A stretch of DNA of 62,753 nucleotides, the filler included, from Asterionella formosa (lineage: Eukaryota): the NCBI GenBank assembly GCA_002256025.1. It is 6 parts of 6 records of this genome, joined end to end, with 100 filler letters (N's around TTAATTAATTAA, not from the genome) between each part and the next. Parts side by side here need not be neighbours in the genome. Positions count along the whole stretch, not along the records: positions 1 to 27,727 come from NKIB01001420.1; 5 more parts are not named here. One strand, written 5' to 3'. Made by a program: the position numbers and the translations under genes. Numbering within the stretch: position 1 is the stretch's first letter; the number at the start of each line of letters is the position of its first letter. The notes under the pieces were generated by a model, which was given only the letters and a program-made list of their open reading frames with translations, did no database searches and had not been told where the DNA came from. Positions 12,160-24,958 of this stretch are shown here, in pieces.

Positions 12160-13022
12160 GGTGGATTTCGTTTGCTTTGTGATCGTTTTTGTTGTGTCTG
12201 CACATTCTTTACATGTTATTAAAACAGCAATGTATATAGTATGAGCGTGGATCGCCAATGATTATACGTGCATGGATACTTTGTGAGAACACCGGTTGAC
12301 GTGCAAACATTGCTTGTTCAGAAGGCCAGACCACTCGTCTCTGCGGCACTCCTCGTAAGGTACCAGGTACCGGGTACCAGCAGAAATGAGGTCCTTAGCA
12401 TATGAGATATCTGTATATAGATCATACCCCTAAAGAGCAATGACTGTACCGGTATCAAAGCATACCGTTATATGCTAAAGTGGTCGTATTGGTGAACGCT
12501 AATTTACCTTCAACAATTTTATTTAGTTGTTCGTATTGTTTCGATTGAGGTACATCAAAAAATAATTTTGGAAAAAACAGACCTCGCATTGTGTAACTGC
12601 GAGCCTGCAACCTCCTTCAATTACTCCGAGCGGGATGTACGGTACCATATGTAGATCTACGCCGCCTGATTTATGTTCGGCTCGCCCGCTCTGCTCTGCA
12701 TCCTTTTTGTGATTGCTAAAAAAATCCTCATCAGAATATACAAACCTGTATATTATTTCGGAATATGTATTCCAGTTCAAACCGTCATATTTACAAACAC
12801 AATAACCCTCACCTACTGTGGTGCAAGTACCGGGATATATACCAGGTACCAGTACCAGTACAGTTACAATATCCGCACTTATGATGTATGAAATTTTTTG
12901 CCATTTGTGTACGTAGACTATTGCTAACAAACCGTCCCTGATCTACCGGTAAATCGAGCCATGAGAATAATGCAGACAGAAGCTGGACTCTGTTCGTTTT
13001 ACCACCCCTGTATTATTGCTTG

Positions 13023-13045
13023 TCATTCATTCATTCATTCATTCT
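13023..13045 (+). promoter_or_regulatory. (TCAT)n initiator-like tract upstream of the Hook gene
   Basis: tcattcattcattcattcattc ~150 bp before the ATG; a similar tract lies on the minus strand at 48540-48553, upstream of MUB. Confidence 0.4.
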
Positions 13046-13194
13046 TCTATACACACATTCCTTCTTGACGGTGTAATCTTTGACTTGATTGAAAGTCTCT
13101 AGTCGCTTCGCCTTTAAAGACTAAGGAGTACGGCAAAATATCAAGAGCTGTTGAGTGTTCCACTCACGAATACACGGAACGTGGACTGATTACT

Positions 13195-15060
13195 ATGTCT
13201 GATGCTGATGAAGCTCGTTATGGAGCCATGGTCGAATTCCTCGGAACATTTCCGACTCTTTCTGGAAGTCCTCCCCAGGATATTAGCGAATTAAGCGACG
13301 GAGTGGCATTGTTTGAAGCTCTTTCGGAAATGTACGTCATTTTCAAATGTTCAATTCAACATTGGAAAAATCTTTGTGAATACCGGTAGTCGACTCGATT
13401 GCACAACAATAGCAAGTGAGCCCGTGTTTCTAACTCTCCCTTCGCTTCCTAACACCCCCACAGAGCCCCTGATTACTTTGATCCTACCACCATTGCTCGT
13501 CACCTAGGAGACAACTGGGCCCTAAAATCATCGAATTTGCGAAAGCTCATTCGTAATTTACAATATTTTTACCACAATTCCTTGTTCAAGGATGCCGATT
13601 TTGACGCACTCAACGCCTCTGCCATCGCAAAATCCTCGGATCGTGCCGCTCTTGCCGAAATCTTTCAACTCGTCGCGGCGGCAGCTGTGACATGCGAGCG
13701 AAAGGCAGAATTCGTGGGTCGTATCATGAGCTTGGAACCAGACAATCAGATTCAAATGAAGGAGATTATTCAATCCAGCCTAAGGCGTTTGACGGACTAT
13801 GACGCTGCAGGAGTTGAAGAACAGGAAGAAGGGAACAATGAGCAAGAAATGGTATTTGGAGCAGAGACATCATTGGCTGGAACAGCAGGTATTGGAGCCG
13901 CCAGTACCTTTCGCGACAATGGGGAGGATCTGGAAAAGGCTTTGGTGGACGCCCGCCGTGAGTTAGCATCATACAAGTCCCAGGCCGGAATTTTGACGGA
14001 AGACCACGAAAGTGCTCAGAAAAAGTTGCGAGCATTAGTGGAAGATTTGCAGGACCGATTGCAAAATCGCCAGGATGAGCTTTCGATGATGGAAGTTGAA
14101 CTGAAAACTGCAACTATTGAGCTCCAAGATGCACAATCAAAAGTTGCTGATTTGGAAGAGAAAAATGCTCAACTTGCGGATGAATTGGACGTGTCAATTG
14201 CAAAGTCCGAACAACTAAGAAAAGCGGAGGCGACCGTCTTGTCGTACAGAAAGAAGCTTGAAAGTGTTGGGGTATTGTCTGAACAAATGGTTGCCCTTGA
14301 AGATCAATCCGCTTCGTACCTGAGACAAATCATGGAATTGGAAAAGGACGTCAAGAAAATTCCATCCATGCAGAAGACAATCGATGAGCTTCATGCACAA
14401 CTTTCCTCAATGGAGGCTTTTCATGAAGATGCTGGCTCGGCCATGAAGGGAACTGCATCTCAAATCGCAGAACTCAAAAGCAAACTCAGCGCGGCAGAAA
14501 ATTCTAAGAAAATGTACGAAGAAGAACTCAAGGACCTTCGAGCTCAACAGGCTGCAGCCGTGGATGAGGACTTTGTAGCACCTATGGGCGCCATGTCTGT
14601 TGTCGATACGACAGAGTACAAGGAGAAGATGATGCGATTGGAGTTTGAGAACAAGACTCTCGTTGAGAAGTTACAGACTCTTGAAATGACTAGTTTTGAG
14701 TCGGCCACAGTCGCATTGAATCCCACTGCTAATGTTGAAGCAGTGAAGACTTTGCAGGACGAAGTTAATAAGCTCAAAGACGAACTTGCCCAAAAGGAAG
14801 CTGAAAAATCCAAGGTCAGCGGTGACAAGGACAAACTCGAAGCATATACAAAGAGAACACTGGCAAAATTCCAAGAAAAGTACTTAGTTGCACTTCAAGA
14901 GTGTAAGGCGAAACTCAAGGAAAAACAAGACAAGATCGAAGCACTCGAGAACCGTAGTTCGGCAGAAAAAACAGCCCAAAAGAGAGAGGAACGATTGCTC
15001 TCGTCGACCGTCTATGAACTTGGTTTGGCTATCATGCAAAATCGATTGAAAGAGCGGTAA
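13195..15060 (+). CDS. Hook-family coiled-coil protein (2 exons; intron 13332-13463)
   Basis: Spliced N-terminus ELSDGVALFEALSEIAPDYF...NWALKSSNLRKL is the Hook domain; long coiled coil with DELDV and LRKAEATV..YRKKLE; C-terminal REERLLSSTVYELG. Confidence 0.85.
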
Positions 15061-15270
15061 TCGGAGATTTGGGCTTGACATTATTTTGTTTATAAGCCAT
15101 TATATGTAGTAGAATTCGAGCTTATTTGGACAATCCTTTGTATTTTTGAAATTTTGTTGGCTCGCGTCCAATAGAGGCATCACTGTTCAACTGTCACGTT
15201 ATGATTGCCAAATGCTTGAGTGCTGAGTGTGAAAGTGAAATGCAAATGATTCTGCATCGATAGCAGCTCC

Positions 15271-17006
15271 TTAACTAAAGCGTTTGTACTTCATCCACGT
15301 TGCAACCATGTCGATTGCCATGTTTGTGTCACTTTCATCCTGACTGAGGAAGACATCGTGGCCATTGTCGTTGAGCTCTACTTCCCATCGAGTTGGTCCA
15401 ATCCAATCCGCGCGACTCAACGTCTCAGGCGCTTTGAGAACATCGTCGCCTCGCGATGTGATGCATAGAAATGGTTTTGCGGTGACCGCCCTCTTACTAC
15501 TATGCATTTCCTCGAGCTTCCTGTGAACTTCCGTCACACCCTTGGCAAAACCAACCGTCATTGGGACTTTGTAGAGTGGGCGTGTCCCCCAATCGAAATA
15601 ATAGAGGGACCAGATTCTGGCAGACCAGTCACTCAGAACTATTTCTTCTTCAAGATAAGTGATTGGAGAGTCTTTGAGGGCCTCAGGAGTAACTGCGACA
15701 CCCATCTTGGTGTCGTTGGAGTCCTTTGCTATCATTTCCAAGGCGCCCGTATGCTTAAGACTAAATTCAATCATGTCACCACCAACAAAGCCCCAGTCGA
15801 GAAAGGGGCTATTGAAGATAAAACCATCAAAATCACCATCACCTCTTTCAATTAGGTAGTTGATAAGTACAGGACCTCCAGTAGAGTGAGCATATCCCAA
15901 AAAGGTATCATATTCCTTAAACGTCGAAATCAATTCAATCGATTTCTCGATATCACTGATATACGTGTCAAACGAGCCATACTTATTATGGCTGTTGAAG
16001 TGTGCATCACTCACCCACCCATGTTTACAGCAGTGACCGTTCATCTTGTAATTGAGTACATAGAGATCAAAATTAGAACAAAAGAACAACTTCTTTGCCA
16101 CATGGGGATGCATAAACGTATCATTTCTATGGGATGAAGGAAGAGAGTAACATACATAATTAGGTGAGTGAGATTTAGCATTCATCAGGCACAGTTAATA
16201 GTATAATTTTCGTTGTTTTCCGCCCCGTACCTTCCTAAAATCCATAGTACTGCCTTGTTGGCCTCATTAGTACTTTGACGCCAGCATTGAAGGAGCGAAT
16301 TGTCTTCAGGGTCAGTCGTGTTGTCGGGGATAACCTCTTCTGTGTACGTCATCTGATCAGTGTCCTGATACATATCGTCCATCTCTTCTTTGGAGACACT
16401 GCGGTCTGCGCAGTCAGTCACCATGACGCGAAAGACAAAGTCCATTCCAGCCGCTCTCTCCACCTCAGATGATCGAACGTACTCGGTCCATTCACTGTCC
16501 CTAGTTGGAGTGATTTCTGGCATTTCAGAGCGCAAGAGAGTAAATCCCAAAAGACATTCATCCTTAGCTGCATCTTTCTCGAACTCCATCACCCCTTCAC
16601 CAGTTGAGTCCCTATGTGGAGCCATGAAACTCTTGTCGAGCATCTTGAATTCAATCCCTTCAGTTGAATCTTTCTTGGCAATCAAGAGACACTTCGCATC
16701 CCACAAGGGAGTTTGCGAGTCCACCAAAACCGGGAAGGTGTGGCTTCCAATCGCGAAGTACTCCGTAGATCCGGTATCTGGACCCACCGTACACAAGGTC
16801 ACATATGGGTCCGAAATGGCATCAATTATGCGGGGAGTTCCAAAGAGGTTCCGCCTCTTGCCTATACCTCCTTTTCCTCCACCTTCCAGTGTCTTCGCTG
16901 TGGGTCGTACCCCAATCAAGTGGATGTGGTATCGCTCATATAACTCGGGAGCTTCAAAAAAGGTATGCAACGTAGGAACGCCACTCAAATCGGGCTGATC
17001 CGCCAT
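15271..17006 (-). CDS. C2-like domain fused to an alpha/beta hydrolase (lysophospholipase-like); intron 16127-16230
   Basis: N-terminal SDPYVTL...TPLWD...EFKMLDK (C2-like). The spliced AVLWILGR|NDTF leads into AHSTGG (nucleophile elbow), NSPFLDW, GDDVL and GHDVFLS, a Ser-Asp-His triad. Confidence 0.75.
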
Positions 17007-18368
17007 GGTGCCTGTATTGTTTGCTCAACACTTTTATTCAATATGTCATAATATCTTTCTTAATCTTATCGGTAGCTTGTGTGAGAAGAATGCACACATA
17101 TTATTCGAGAATACCGGTATTCGAACATACACATACCTATATAATAAAGAAGCATGCTGACATGTGACGTCACATCCTTGTGGGATTCACTGCACCAAAG
17201 TGGTGCTCCGAGTAGGATTCTCTATGAAATACAGATCGTTGTGATTCACATGAAAGGGTTGCGATGTGAATACATGGTACTCCGTACCAGGTATGTAAAA
17301 TACCGGTGTGTGAGACTCCCTCTGTGTGTTCTGGTATAGTTGCAATGGTGCAACCAAACTTTAGGTCATTTTTCATGCCTGGTAATGAAGGGTTTCAATT
17401 GGACTATGATGTACTGGCTTTATTTGGACAGTTGGAGGAGGGTTTTCAGTGGTGGGGACAACAGTTGTTCTAGGAAAGTAATTGTAAAGAATTTGCTATT
17501 GGCTGCCTCTGTCACTTCCCATTTTGCAGCTAGAAAATCATCTTATGTAAACCTTGATTTGATTTGATATGATTTCTGAGAAAGGAACTGCTTCTTCCTT
17601 TCATAAAAAACATGTCAACTGAGGCACAAGCAAGCAGTAACTACTTTCCATGCTCATCCCAATTATTCTACTAGGCAGTGGTCATAGTATGATGATTGCG
17701 CTGACTACAAATGAATCGATGAGGAAAGTGGGATACCATGCATAGCGTTGGGAAAACATTCTGGTTTTGTATTTTAGGGCATGAGTTTGATTTCAGTGAT
17801 CCAGCCATGATTGCGATCATCAATCCATAATGACACAACTGGAGTCCTTGCAATTGCGTACTCATATAAGGAGCCAACTGAATGTATACTTTGAAGCAGG
17901 CATTGTAAGATGGTTGAGCTTAATCAGCTGATGATTAATAAATTTGGAAATAGGAAACAGCTAATATTCATCACTGCGGACTGCATTTCTACTCCTGCTA
18001 ATTGATGTTGAAATTCTTTCATCTATAATTATTGGGTAAATGTAGAAATTATTGTCAATGCTAAATTTTTGTGTGTGTTTGTGGTAGTTTGGGGTTTGGT
18101 GGAGCTATTTCCTGACAAATAGGCAGCCATTCATGGAAATCCACCACATCATTTCGACTATTTTTGTGAAAATTATGATTTTTTCTCCACATTGCTTTGA
18201 GCAAAGAGCATGCTCAAAATGTAACAATTGTGTCATAGGTTTAAAGAACGCCAGAGAACCCGTATTGGGGTTGTCAATAATGTAATTTGCCTTATCCTTC
18301 TACATAAATAGTATTTGAGGTGGACAGAAACAAGAATTAAATTGATGTCCTAGCTAGTAGTGCAGCGT

Positions 18369-20741
18369 TTATTCATTTTCAAGTGCCTCTCCAAATGCGT
18401 GAATAGAATTCGCCAACACTTCACAAAGTCTGCTGCAATCCTCCTTGCTTGTCAGCGGCGACGACATAACATAAATGACATTACCAAGCGGACGAGCAAA
18501 GACTCCTTTGTCTCGAAGCATCTTGACTATTGGACCAGTTCTGGAATCTGCAGCATAACCAGTGCCATCTGATTCACCAGGGTGAATTGTCACAGCAACA
18601 ACTGTGCCTAGAGTAAAACTCATCTGGACCAAAGGCAACTCAGATAGCCTCCTGACTTGGTCACTATCAAAAAGTGAAGAAACTTTTGACCTGGATCCCT
18701 TAATGAGAACTTCTTCATACGCATCCAGTGCATGAAGTGCGCTCACACAGCCAATTGGGTGCGCTGTGTAGGAATGACCATGTAGCAGTGCTTGACTCTT
18801 CTCATCTCCAAGGAATGTTTCAAAGACATCTTCAGAACTCAAGGTTACACCCATAGGAACAATACCACCGGTAAGTAGCTTCGCATAGCTTGCAATATCG
18901 GGATTAGCTTTGAGTATTTCCCTACAGCTGCTGACACCAACACGGAAAAGACCAGATGCTATCTCATCGAAAACAACTGGAACCTTCTTTGCTCTTGCAA
19001 CATCCATCAGAGCCCGCTGCCATAGAGGATCGACAAATTTCATTCCACCGACTCCCATGAGAATTGGTTCAATTACTACTGATCCAATCAAACGAGGCCT
19101 AGATTTTGTGGCACTGGACTCATAAGTGTTCCATTCTTCCTGAATACTCTTAGTATAGCAATCATATAACAATGTATCAAGTCGACTTTCTACATCCATC
19201 ACCGCCTCTACTGAAGAAAAATCAATGTTTGCTTTGTTGTCAAGACTTGATACCCTAAGGTTCCCATCATGAAAGCCAAGTGAAGGAGTAGCAAGGAAAA
19301 GTGCCTTTGGTTCATACCAAGGATGCTGGCCTTCATTGAATACGCTCGGTTCGGCAACATCCATCACACCAAGAGTATCGCCATGGTAGCATTCTTTCTG
19401 TGCACAAACCATCCAATCGTATTGATGTACTTGTTCGTCTGACAACCCATGCCATTTTTGATATGTTTTCATCCCCATCTTTATGCTCACTTCCATAGCA
19501 GTACTACCATCGTCGGTGAAGAAGACACGACTAGCCCAACCATGACCAGGACCTTGGGATCCAATGAGTTTCTGAGACAGTCGAAGTGCAGGTTGATGGA
19601 CCACATCAGGAAAAATGACATGGCCATATCGGCCAGCTGCTGCAGCAGATGCCAATGCCATGGAGGATTCCCCATGACCAACACCTTGTGTCCACCAAGA
19701 AGCACAGGCATCAAACATTGGATGTCGCTCCAGTCCATTTTGACCATCCTTCAACACTTGATAGTTGTCGCCACTGGCGCTGTCAACCAGGGTAACCTTT
19801 GTATCATCCTGGACTTGTCCGTGTTGGGTGAATGGCCACCAAAACAAATCTCGTCCATAGGATCTCATCGCCTCGACTTCCTTGACTTGTTCATTCCAAC
19901 TTACCTCGAGATGTTGGTCGAATGAATCCAAGGTTTCGGCTACACGAGCGGTATCGTACCATTCATGCAGGGATTCGTTAAGAGGTGGTAGCTGTGGGAG
20001 TGCGATAATACAGATTTCTGGATTGTCAAACAAAGCTTTTCCGGTTCCCGCTCGTAGCCTCAGTTTCCGACTCGCGTATTCTCGAATTGCAGATACGTTG
20101 TCATAGTCCGTCTCCAACATGACGATACCTGCAACATCGTACCCCCTGACAATTAGTGATTCCAAGGCTGACAGGGTCGCACTAATCCCTCCCAGTCGAC
20201 CATCTCCCACCAGGACCACAGGAGCAATACCCAAAAGGGGTTGATAGAGGTCAGCTTGTGTAACCCAGCCCCAAGAGTTTTCATTCGTAGCAGACGCATG
20301 TTTTGGTGATTGGTTCAATGGAGATGCCGCTGATGGGCTCAGGACACCTCCCGCAGTTTCGATCCAGGTGGTTGATGGAGCAGATGTGCATTCTGCTAAT
20401 TTCGCTTCCAGTGTATTTAATACGTGCTTGTCACTTTGTGGTGCATTTTCTCGGATCGATGCCACATGTGGTGACGCTGGTGTCTCCCAAGAAAACAACG
20501 TCGCCACCGTGGAACCTTCCGCGTACTTGCTGACGAAGGCCTGGTCGCTTCCTCCGCATTGAAGTGGCTTGATGTAATGAACAGGTCCACCTTTCTTTAA
20601 TGATGCTTTGACCAAACCTGCCGAGATTACGGTCTTACCGACATTGGTGTTGGCGCCAAAGATGAAATGAGTTCGCGCATCGGCAGCGAAGCGGATGCGA
20701 TTCAACGAGGAGAAGCTTCTCCGTGAGATTCGACCTTGCAT
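18369..20741 (-). CDS. BIO3-BIO1: Bifunctional dethiobiotin synthetase / DAPA aminotransferase, likely mitochondrial
   Basis: GANTNVGKT P-loop, ETAGG, LGGIS; then WWPFTQH, DACASWW, DDGSTAME, YHGDT, FDEI, AKLLTGG and RPLGNV; Arg/Ser-rich N-terminal presequence. Confidence 0.95.
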   Translation of the reverse strand: MQGRISRRSFSSLNRIRFAADARTHFIFGANTNVGKTVISAGLVKASLKKGGPVHYIKPLQCGGSDQAFVSKYAEGSTVATLFSWETPASPHVASIRENAPQSDKHVLNTLEAKLAECTSAPSTTWIETAGGVLSPSAASPLNQSPKHASATNENSWGWVTQADLYQPLLGIAPVVLVGDGRLGGISATLSALESLIVRGYDVAGIVMLETDYDNVSAIREYASRKLRLRAGTGKALFDNPEICIIALPQLPPLNESLHEWYDTARVAETLDSFDQHLEVSWNEQVKEVEAMRSYGRDLFWWPFTQHGQVQDDTKVTLVDSASGDNYQVLKDGQNGLERHPMFDACASWWTQGVGHGESSMALASAAAAGRYGHVIFPDVVHQPALRLSQKLIGSQGPGHGWASRVFFTDDGSTAMEVSIKMGMKTYQKWHGLSDEQVHQYDWMVCAQKECYHGDTLGVMDVAEPSVFNEGQHPWYEPKALFLATPSLGFHDGNLRVSSLDNKANIDFSSVEAVMDVESRLDTLLYDCYTKSIQEEWNTYESSATKSRPRLIGSVVIEPILMGVGGMKFVDPLWQRALMDVARAKKVPVVFDEIASGLFRVGVSSCREILKANPDIASYAKLLTGGIVPMGVTLSSEDVFETFLGDEKSQALLHGHSYTAHPIGCVSALHALDAYEEVLIKGSRSKVSSLFDSDQVRRLSELPLVQMSFTLGTVVAVTIHPGESDGTGYAADSRTGPIVKMLRDKGVFARPLGNVIYVMSSPLTSKEDCSRLCEVLANSIHAFGEALENE

Positions 20742-21368
20742 GGCTTCTATAGAGACTTTACGAATGTGTACAACGAAGTGATTTGAAATAGAGAAAAGAC
20801 AGTGGTAAAGCAGCGTTCCTTCGAGTGTGGTTGAATTGTGGTGGCTGACAAAATTAGACTCTGGATTCGTCTGGGCAACTTAATTTGGATGACCATGGCT
20901 ACTTGGTACCAGTAGTAATACCGGTATGGCCATTACACGAAATGACAATAATATTGGTACATATTTAGGATAAAATATCCAAAGTATATAAGTAGTGCAT
21001 ATTTCATTTTATGATTTTCTTGCTTTCATAATCGTCTCGGTACTCTAGACAACACACTATCTACCGGTATATATCGGAGCTATATACCTACCGGTATATG
21101 TGTATATGTAAGAAATATAAAGGCACGGGGTCAGTATCCATATACATACAAATAGTGTACCGGTATAAACAGATGTGTTAATGATGCACCAAATGAAGTT
21201 TTTCATTCCCAGACATACATATGGCTGGAATCATGCTCAGAGTACAAATAGTAGCCACCGTAGCCCTAGTATGATAGATAATTAGCATAGCGAATATTTT
21301 ATGGATAAATATATTCATGCATGTCATTACGTAATGTTGTCAAGCATGTAACAACATCAGCGATCACT

Positions 21369-23075
21369 TTATTCATCTATATTCATTACAAACTTGTAAT
21401 CGAAGTCCAAGGCACATCGATGTGCCTTCATCTTCTTTATAAGGTTGTCGATTTCCACAGGGCCATGCTTGGAGCACTGCTGTTGCAGTTCTGGTTCAAA
21501 TAAGCCAGAATCAAGAGCATGGTAAGCTAACATGTACTGGCAAGCTCGTTGAGAAAATTTCCTTATTTGGGCTCCTGTAATCACTTCTGCTGACAAACAT
21601 GATCTAACACTTGCCATGAAATTCGATTTCCCCTTCTTTTCCTTCAGTGCCAGGTTCCGGTATGTGCCTTTGGCACACGCCCACATGTATTCCACCCCTG
21701 CGTCCCCAGCTATCTCAGCATGGCATTTTGGAGTTGGCATTACTTCCACTCTAAGTTTGGTCCCAATATATTGCATCATGCCTTGCTCATTCAAGAAGTC
21801 AGAACACAAGGACATAAGATGTTGAAGACTAGTGTTGCACTCTTTTAGGCCAAATGAATCTTTTCGACCAGTAAGTGTGTAGCTATTCACCTTGTTTGTT
21901 CCATCAATTAATCCCCTTTCCCAAAGCACTTGAACTAATCCCTTCGATTTTCCTTCCCAAACCTCCTTGACCCTTGAAATTTGTGACGATGTTGGCACTT
22001 GATATTGTGGACAGAGGAACACCAGATCGCTTTTATTCTTCCCTTTACTATTGGCTCCCTTAGCAGCAAGATCGAATTGTAATTGGGCACGACTTCCCCA
22101 ATTTCCTTCTGAACAAACTGCCTCAAAGCCCAGGCCAAATATAAACTCCTCTGTCTCAGCATGAAGATTTCGAATTCGGAGCAATGCTTATCAGCATCTC
22201 CCCCTTCCACCAAAAATTTCCAATGGTTGGTGGGATGTCTATTAATTGATTCGAACAGCTCAATTCGGGAAATAACAACTCCTTTGACATTGGCTTCATC
22301 TTCATACTTTGCTTTGGGAGCAAATAGTGTCCTGGCCTCACCTGACTTCCAATAATCTATGCTCAGATGAGCCTGCTCTTGATCTATAGTATCCGAAATT
22401 GTTGATGATTATTGAGGTTGATTTAAGGCTTCAATGGAGGGAGTATCAGCTTCGTTTGAGTTCATCAATTTGGCTCGTTTGTTGAGTGATTCAACTTCAA
22501 GATTATCCATCACCTCTCCAGTTAGAATTTGCCTTGAACCCCCCCCCTAAGAGTCGCTTTGTGATGCTACTATTAAGAAAAGAAGCGACATTATTGTTCT
22601 TTTGAAACAAACAAGGAGCAGGAGAACCATGGTCAGAAAAGAAGAATACTAGGTTGTAGCGGACGCTCTTGACTTGACAGTTGGCTGTATAGAAGTCCAC
22701 CACTGTGCCACTTGGAATGGTGATTCTATTGTGATCATAGGACATTGAAGGGTAGCACTTGTTCATGTATGTCATCAATGTTCGCGTAGTCAATAGTATG
22801 TCGCTTCCAATGTTGTATTGTTGGTTCATGTAGTGAATGAGGAGGTCGGCCGGAATCCAGCGCCCACGTAGTGATGACTCCGCCATCACCAAAGAAAAAT
22901 ATCGTCCAAACAACTGAAAGTTTGATGTCATCTGTTTTGCGGTTTGGTTTCCGATCAGCGCTACTATGATCATGGTTCTAAAACTATATCGTAAAACACA
23001 AGGCACTGAAGGGAAGCAAAGGGAACCAACCGAGCGCAATGAACATGGTGATGGTTGTAACAACAAGAGATTCAT
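21369..23075 (-). mobile_element. Decayed DDE-type transposase (TPKCH.E.AG..EY.W family), copy 1, with a probable N-terminal ORF fragment
   Basis: GKSKGLVQVLWERG...DFLNE...TPKCHAEIAG.GVEYMWACAK..YR...HRCALDFDYK; related decayed copies at ~28850-29700 and ~37650-38400. The upstream 190-aa ORF is assigned to the element only by position. Confidence 0.65.
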
Positions 23076-24499
23076 TGTGCAAAATATTTAGCTATATTTT
23101 TAGAAATAATGGTTTGTACCAGGCCTACTAGAGCTACTATATGTTCTTCGATCATGCACCCAGCCATACTGGTATGACATATCTTACAGTTCCAACGAAG
23201 CCTAGTACCGGTGCTTAAGGGGGCATTATGGGAGGATTCGAATTCCTCACACGAATTCACGTACTCAGGAGTGGTTTTGAAGCACCCCGTCATCCATTAA
23301 TATCCTGGTGTCCTGTGAGGCACCCCGCCCCTTCACCTGCTGGGCAAGGTAGTGTGAGACTTTCACTCACTTAAAAACTGTGTGCAGCCCCTGTCTTGAC
23401 CAGTACACAGTCTGCCCTATCCGTTGGGGCGTATAATAACTTTATGATCTATGACATCCTTGTAACAGTTTCAGTATTGGTAAGCTGCCAGCTGTGTCGA
23501 CCTCCCTAGGGAATATGATGTATGTTCATTTTGTTGAGGATCTCAACAGTGTCCAAATTGTTTTAGCTAGAGCGAGTGTTGATTCTTTTGTTGGTTTCAA
23601 ATATTTTATTCCACTTCGTTTTGGTTATGTATACACTTTGCTTTTGCGTTGAGCGATGCTGGTGATGACCATTGTTTGCTTCATTGTCAATTAGCGTTTC
23701 ACTACTTAAATACTCACAATAATAATTATTTTTCATGATGATAAAATTCATAAATATCTTTCACTACAGCTTTTCTGCTAATTTTTGCTTTGACGGCGTC
23801 AGCTTTGCATTGCAATTCCCATAATAATGCAAATTGTTTTCATTACCATCGATATTATCCTGCTATTGCTCTTGTTTACTCATTCCTTTCCATTCTGATT
23901 TGAAAACTTGAACTAATGAATTGAGCAAAAAAGAAAACTTATGAATATCAGAAAAGATGGCTGGGGGCGACTTAATATATGATTATATGATGCAATCTGC
24001 CAAATGATTGTCAGTTGGAGAGTAGGAGGCAAGCATGGTTTGGCTGTGATGATAAATTATGAGCTAGAGAGTCACTTTAGCACTTGTTAATTGGGAATCA
24101 CCGGGGATTCATGGAGGCCATAATTCGAAGGTTACATTGCATACAAGGTGTCTGTGATATACATTCAGTAATGCTTTATAGTCTAGCATTATGATCATCC
24201 ATGTAGAACGAATAAGCCCTATTGCTCTATCATTTTCTTCATAATTCTACAAAACGAATATTCTTCTATGAGATTTAATTTAATTTATATTATTGACTTT
24301 ATTATCGACTTCGAATTGTTAGTATGAAAGTGGGGCATAAATTGATGGAGAACTAGAGAACTCTGGTTGAGAAAAGTATAGCAAAGTGACATCATCACCT
24401 CAAATGTACCGGCAGACAACGTCGTTATCTAGTCGGCACCCAATAATAATACTTAAACAACGCACTGTTTTTGCTTATTAACTTTTTTTCTTATTATGT

Positions 24500-24958
24500 A
24501 TAGAACATGTATACTGTCATGCAACATATCGATGTGATATGCTGCTGCGTTGCTAACCACTGCATGATGTGACACGATTAATAAAAAGCAATAGATCTAA
24601 ACTTTTTCATTTTATTTACCGTTTCTAACAACATGTATGACTAAACGTATTTTAGAATGTGATCGGCGATATTTCATGATTGATCGAATAAATTATATTT
24701 GATCAGAGATATTGTTAAGCTCAGGTATATGTAAATGTATAACATACATACTGTTATGCAATATATCGATGTGATATGCTGTTTTCTTACCACTGCATGA
24801 TGTGACACGAATGATAAAAAGAAGAAGATTGAAACCTTTTTCATTGGATCTACCATTTCTAATATATATGACAAAATTTTTTTTAGAATGTGATTGGAGA
24901 TATTTTATGATTGATCCAATGAAGTTTATGAGATCAGAGATATTGTTGAAGCTCAGGT
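24500..24958. repeat. ~235-bp imperfect tandem duplication
   Basis: atactgt.atgcaa.atatcgatgtgatatgctg...accactgcatgatgtgacacga...ttttagaatgtgat...gatcagagatattgtt.aagctcaggta occurs twice. Confidence 0.85.

Noticed and set aside
17400..18250. Possible TE or pseudogene remnant
   Set aside because: No motif could be recognised in any frame.
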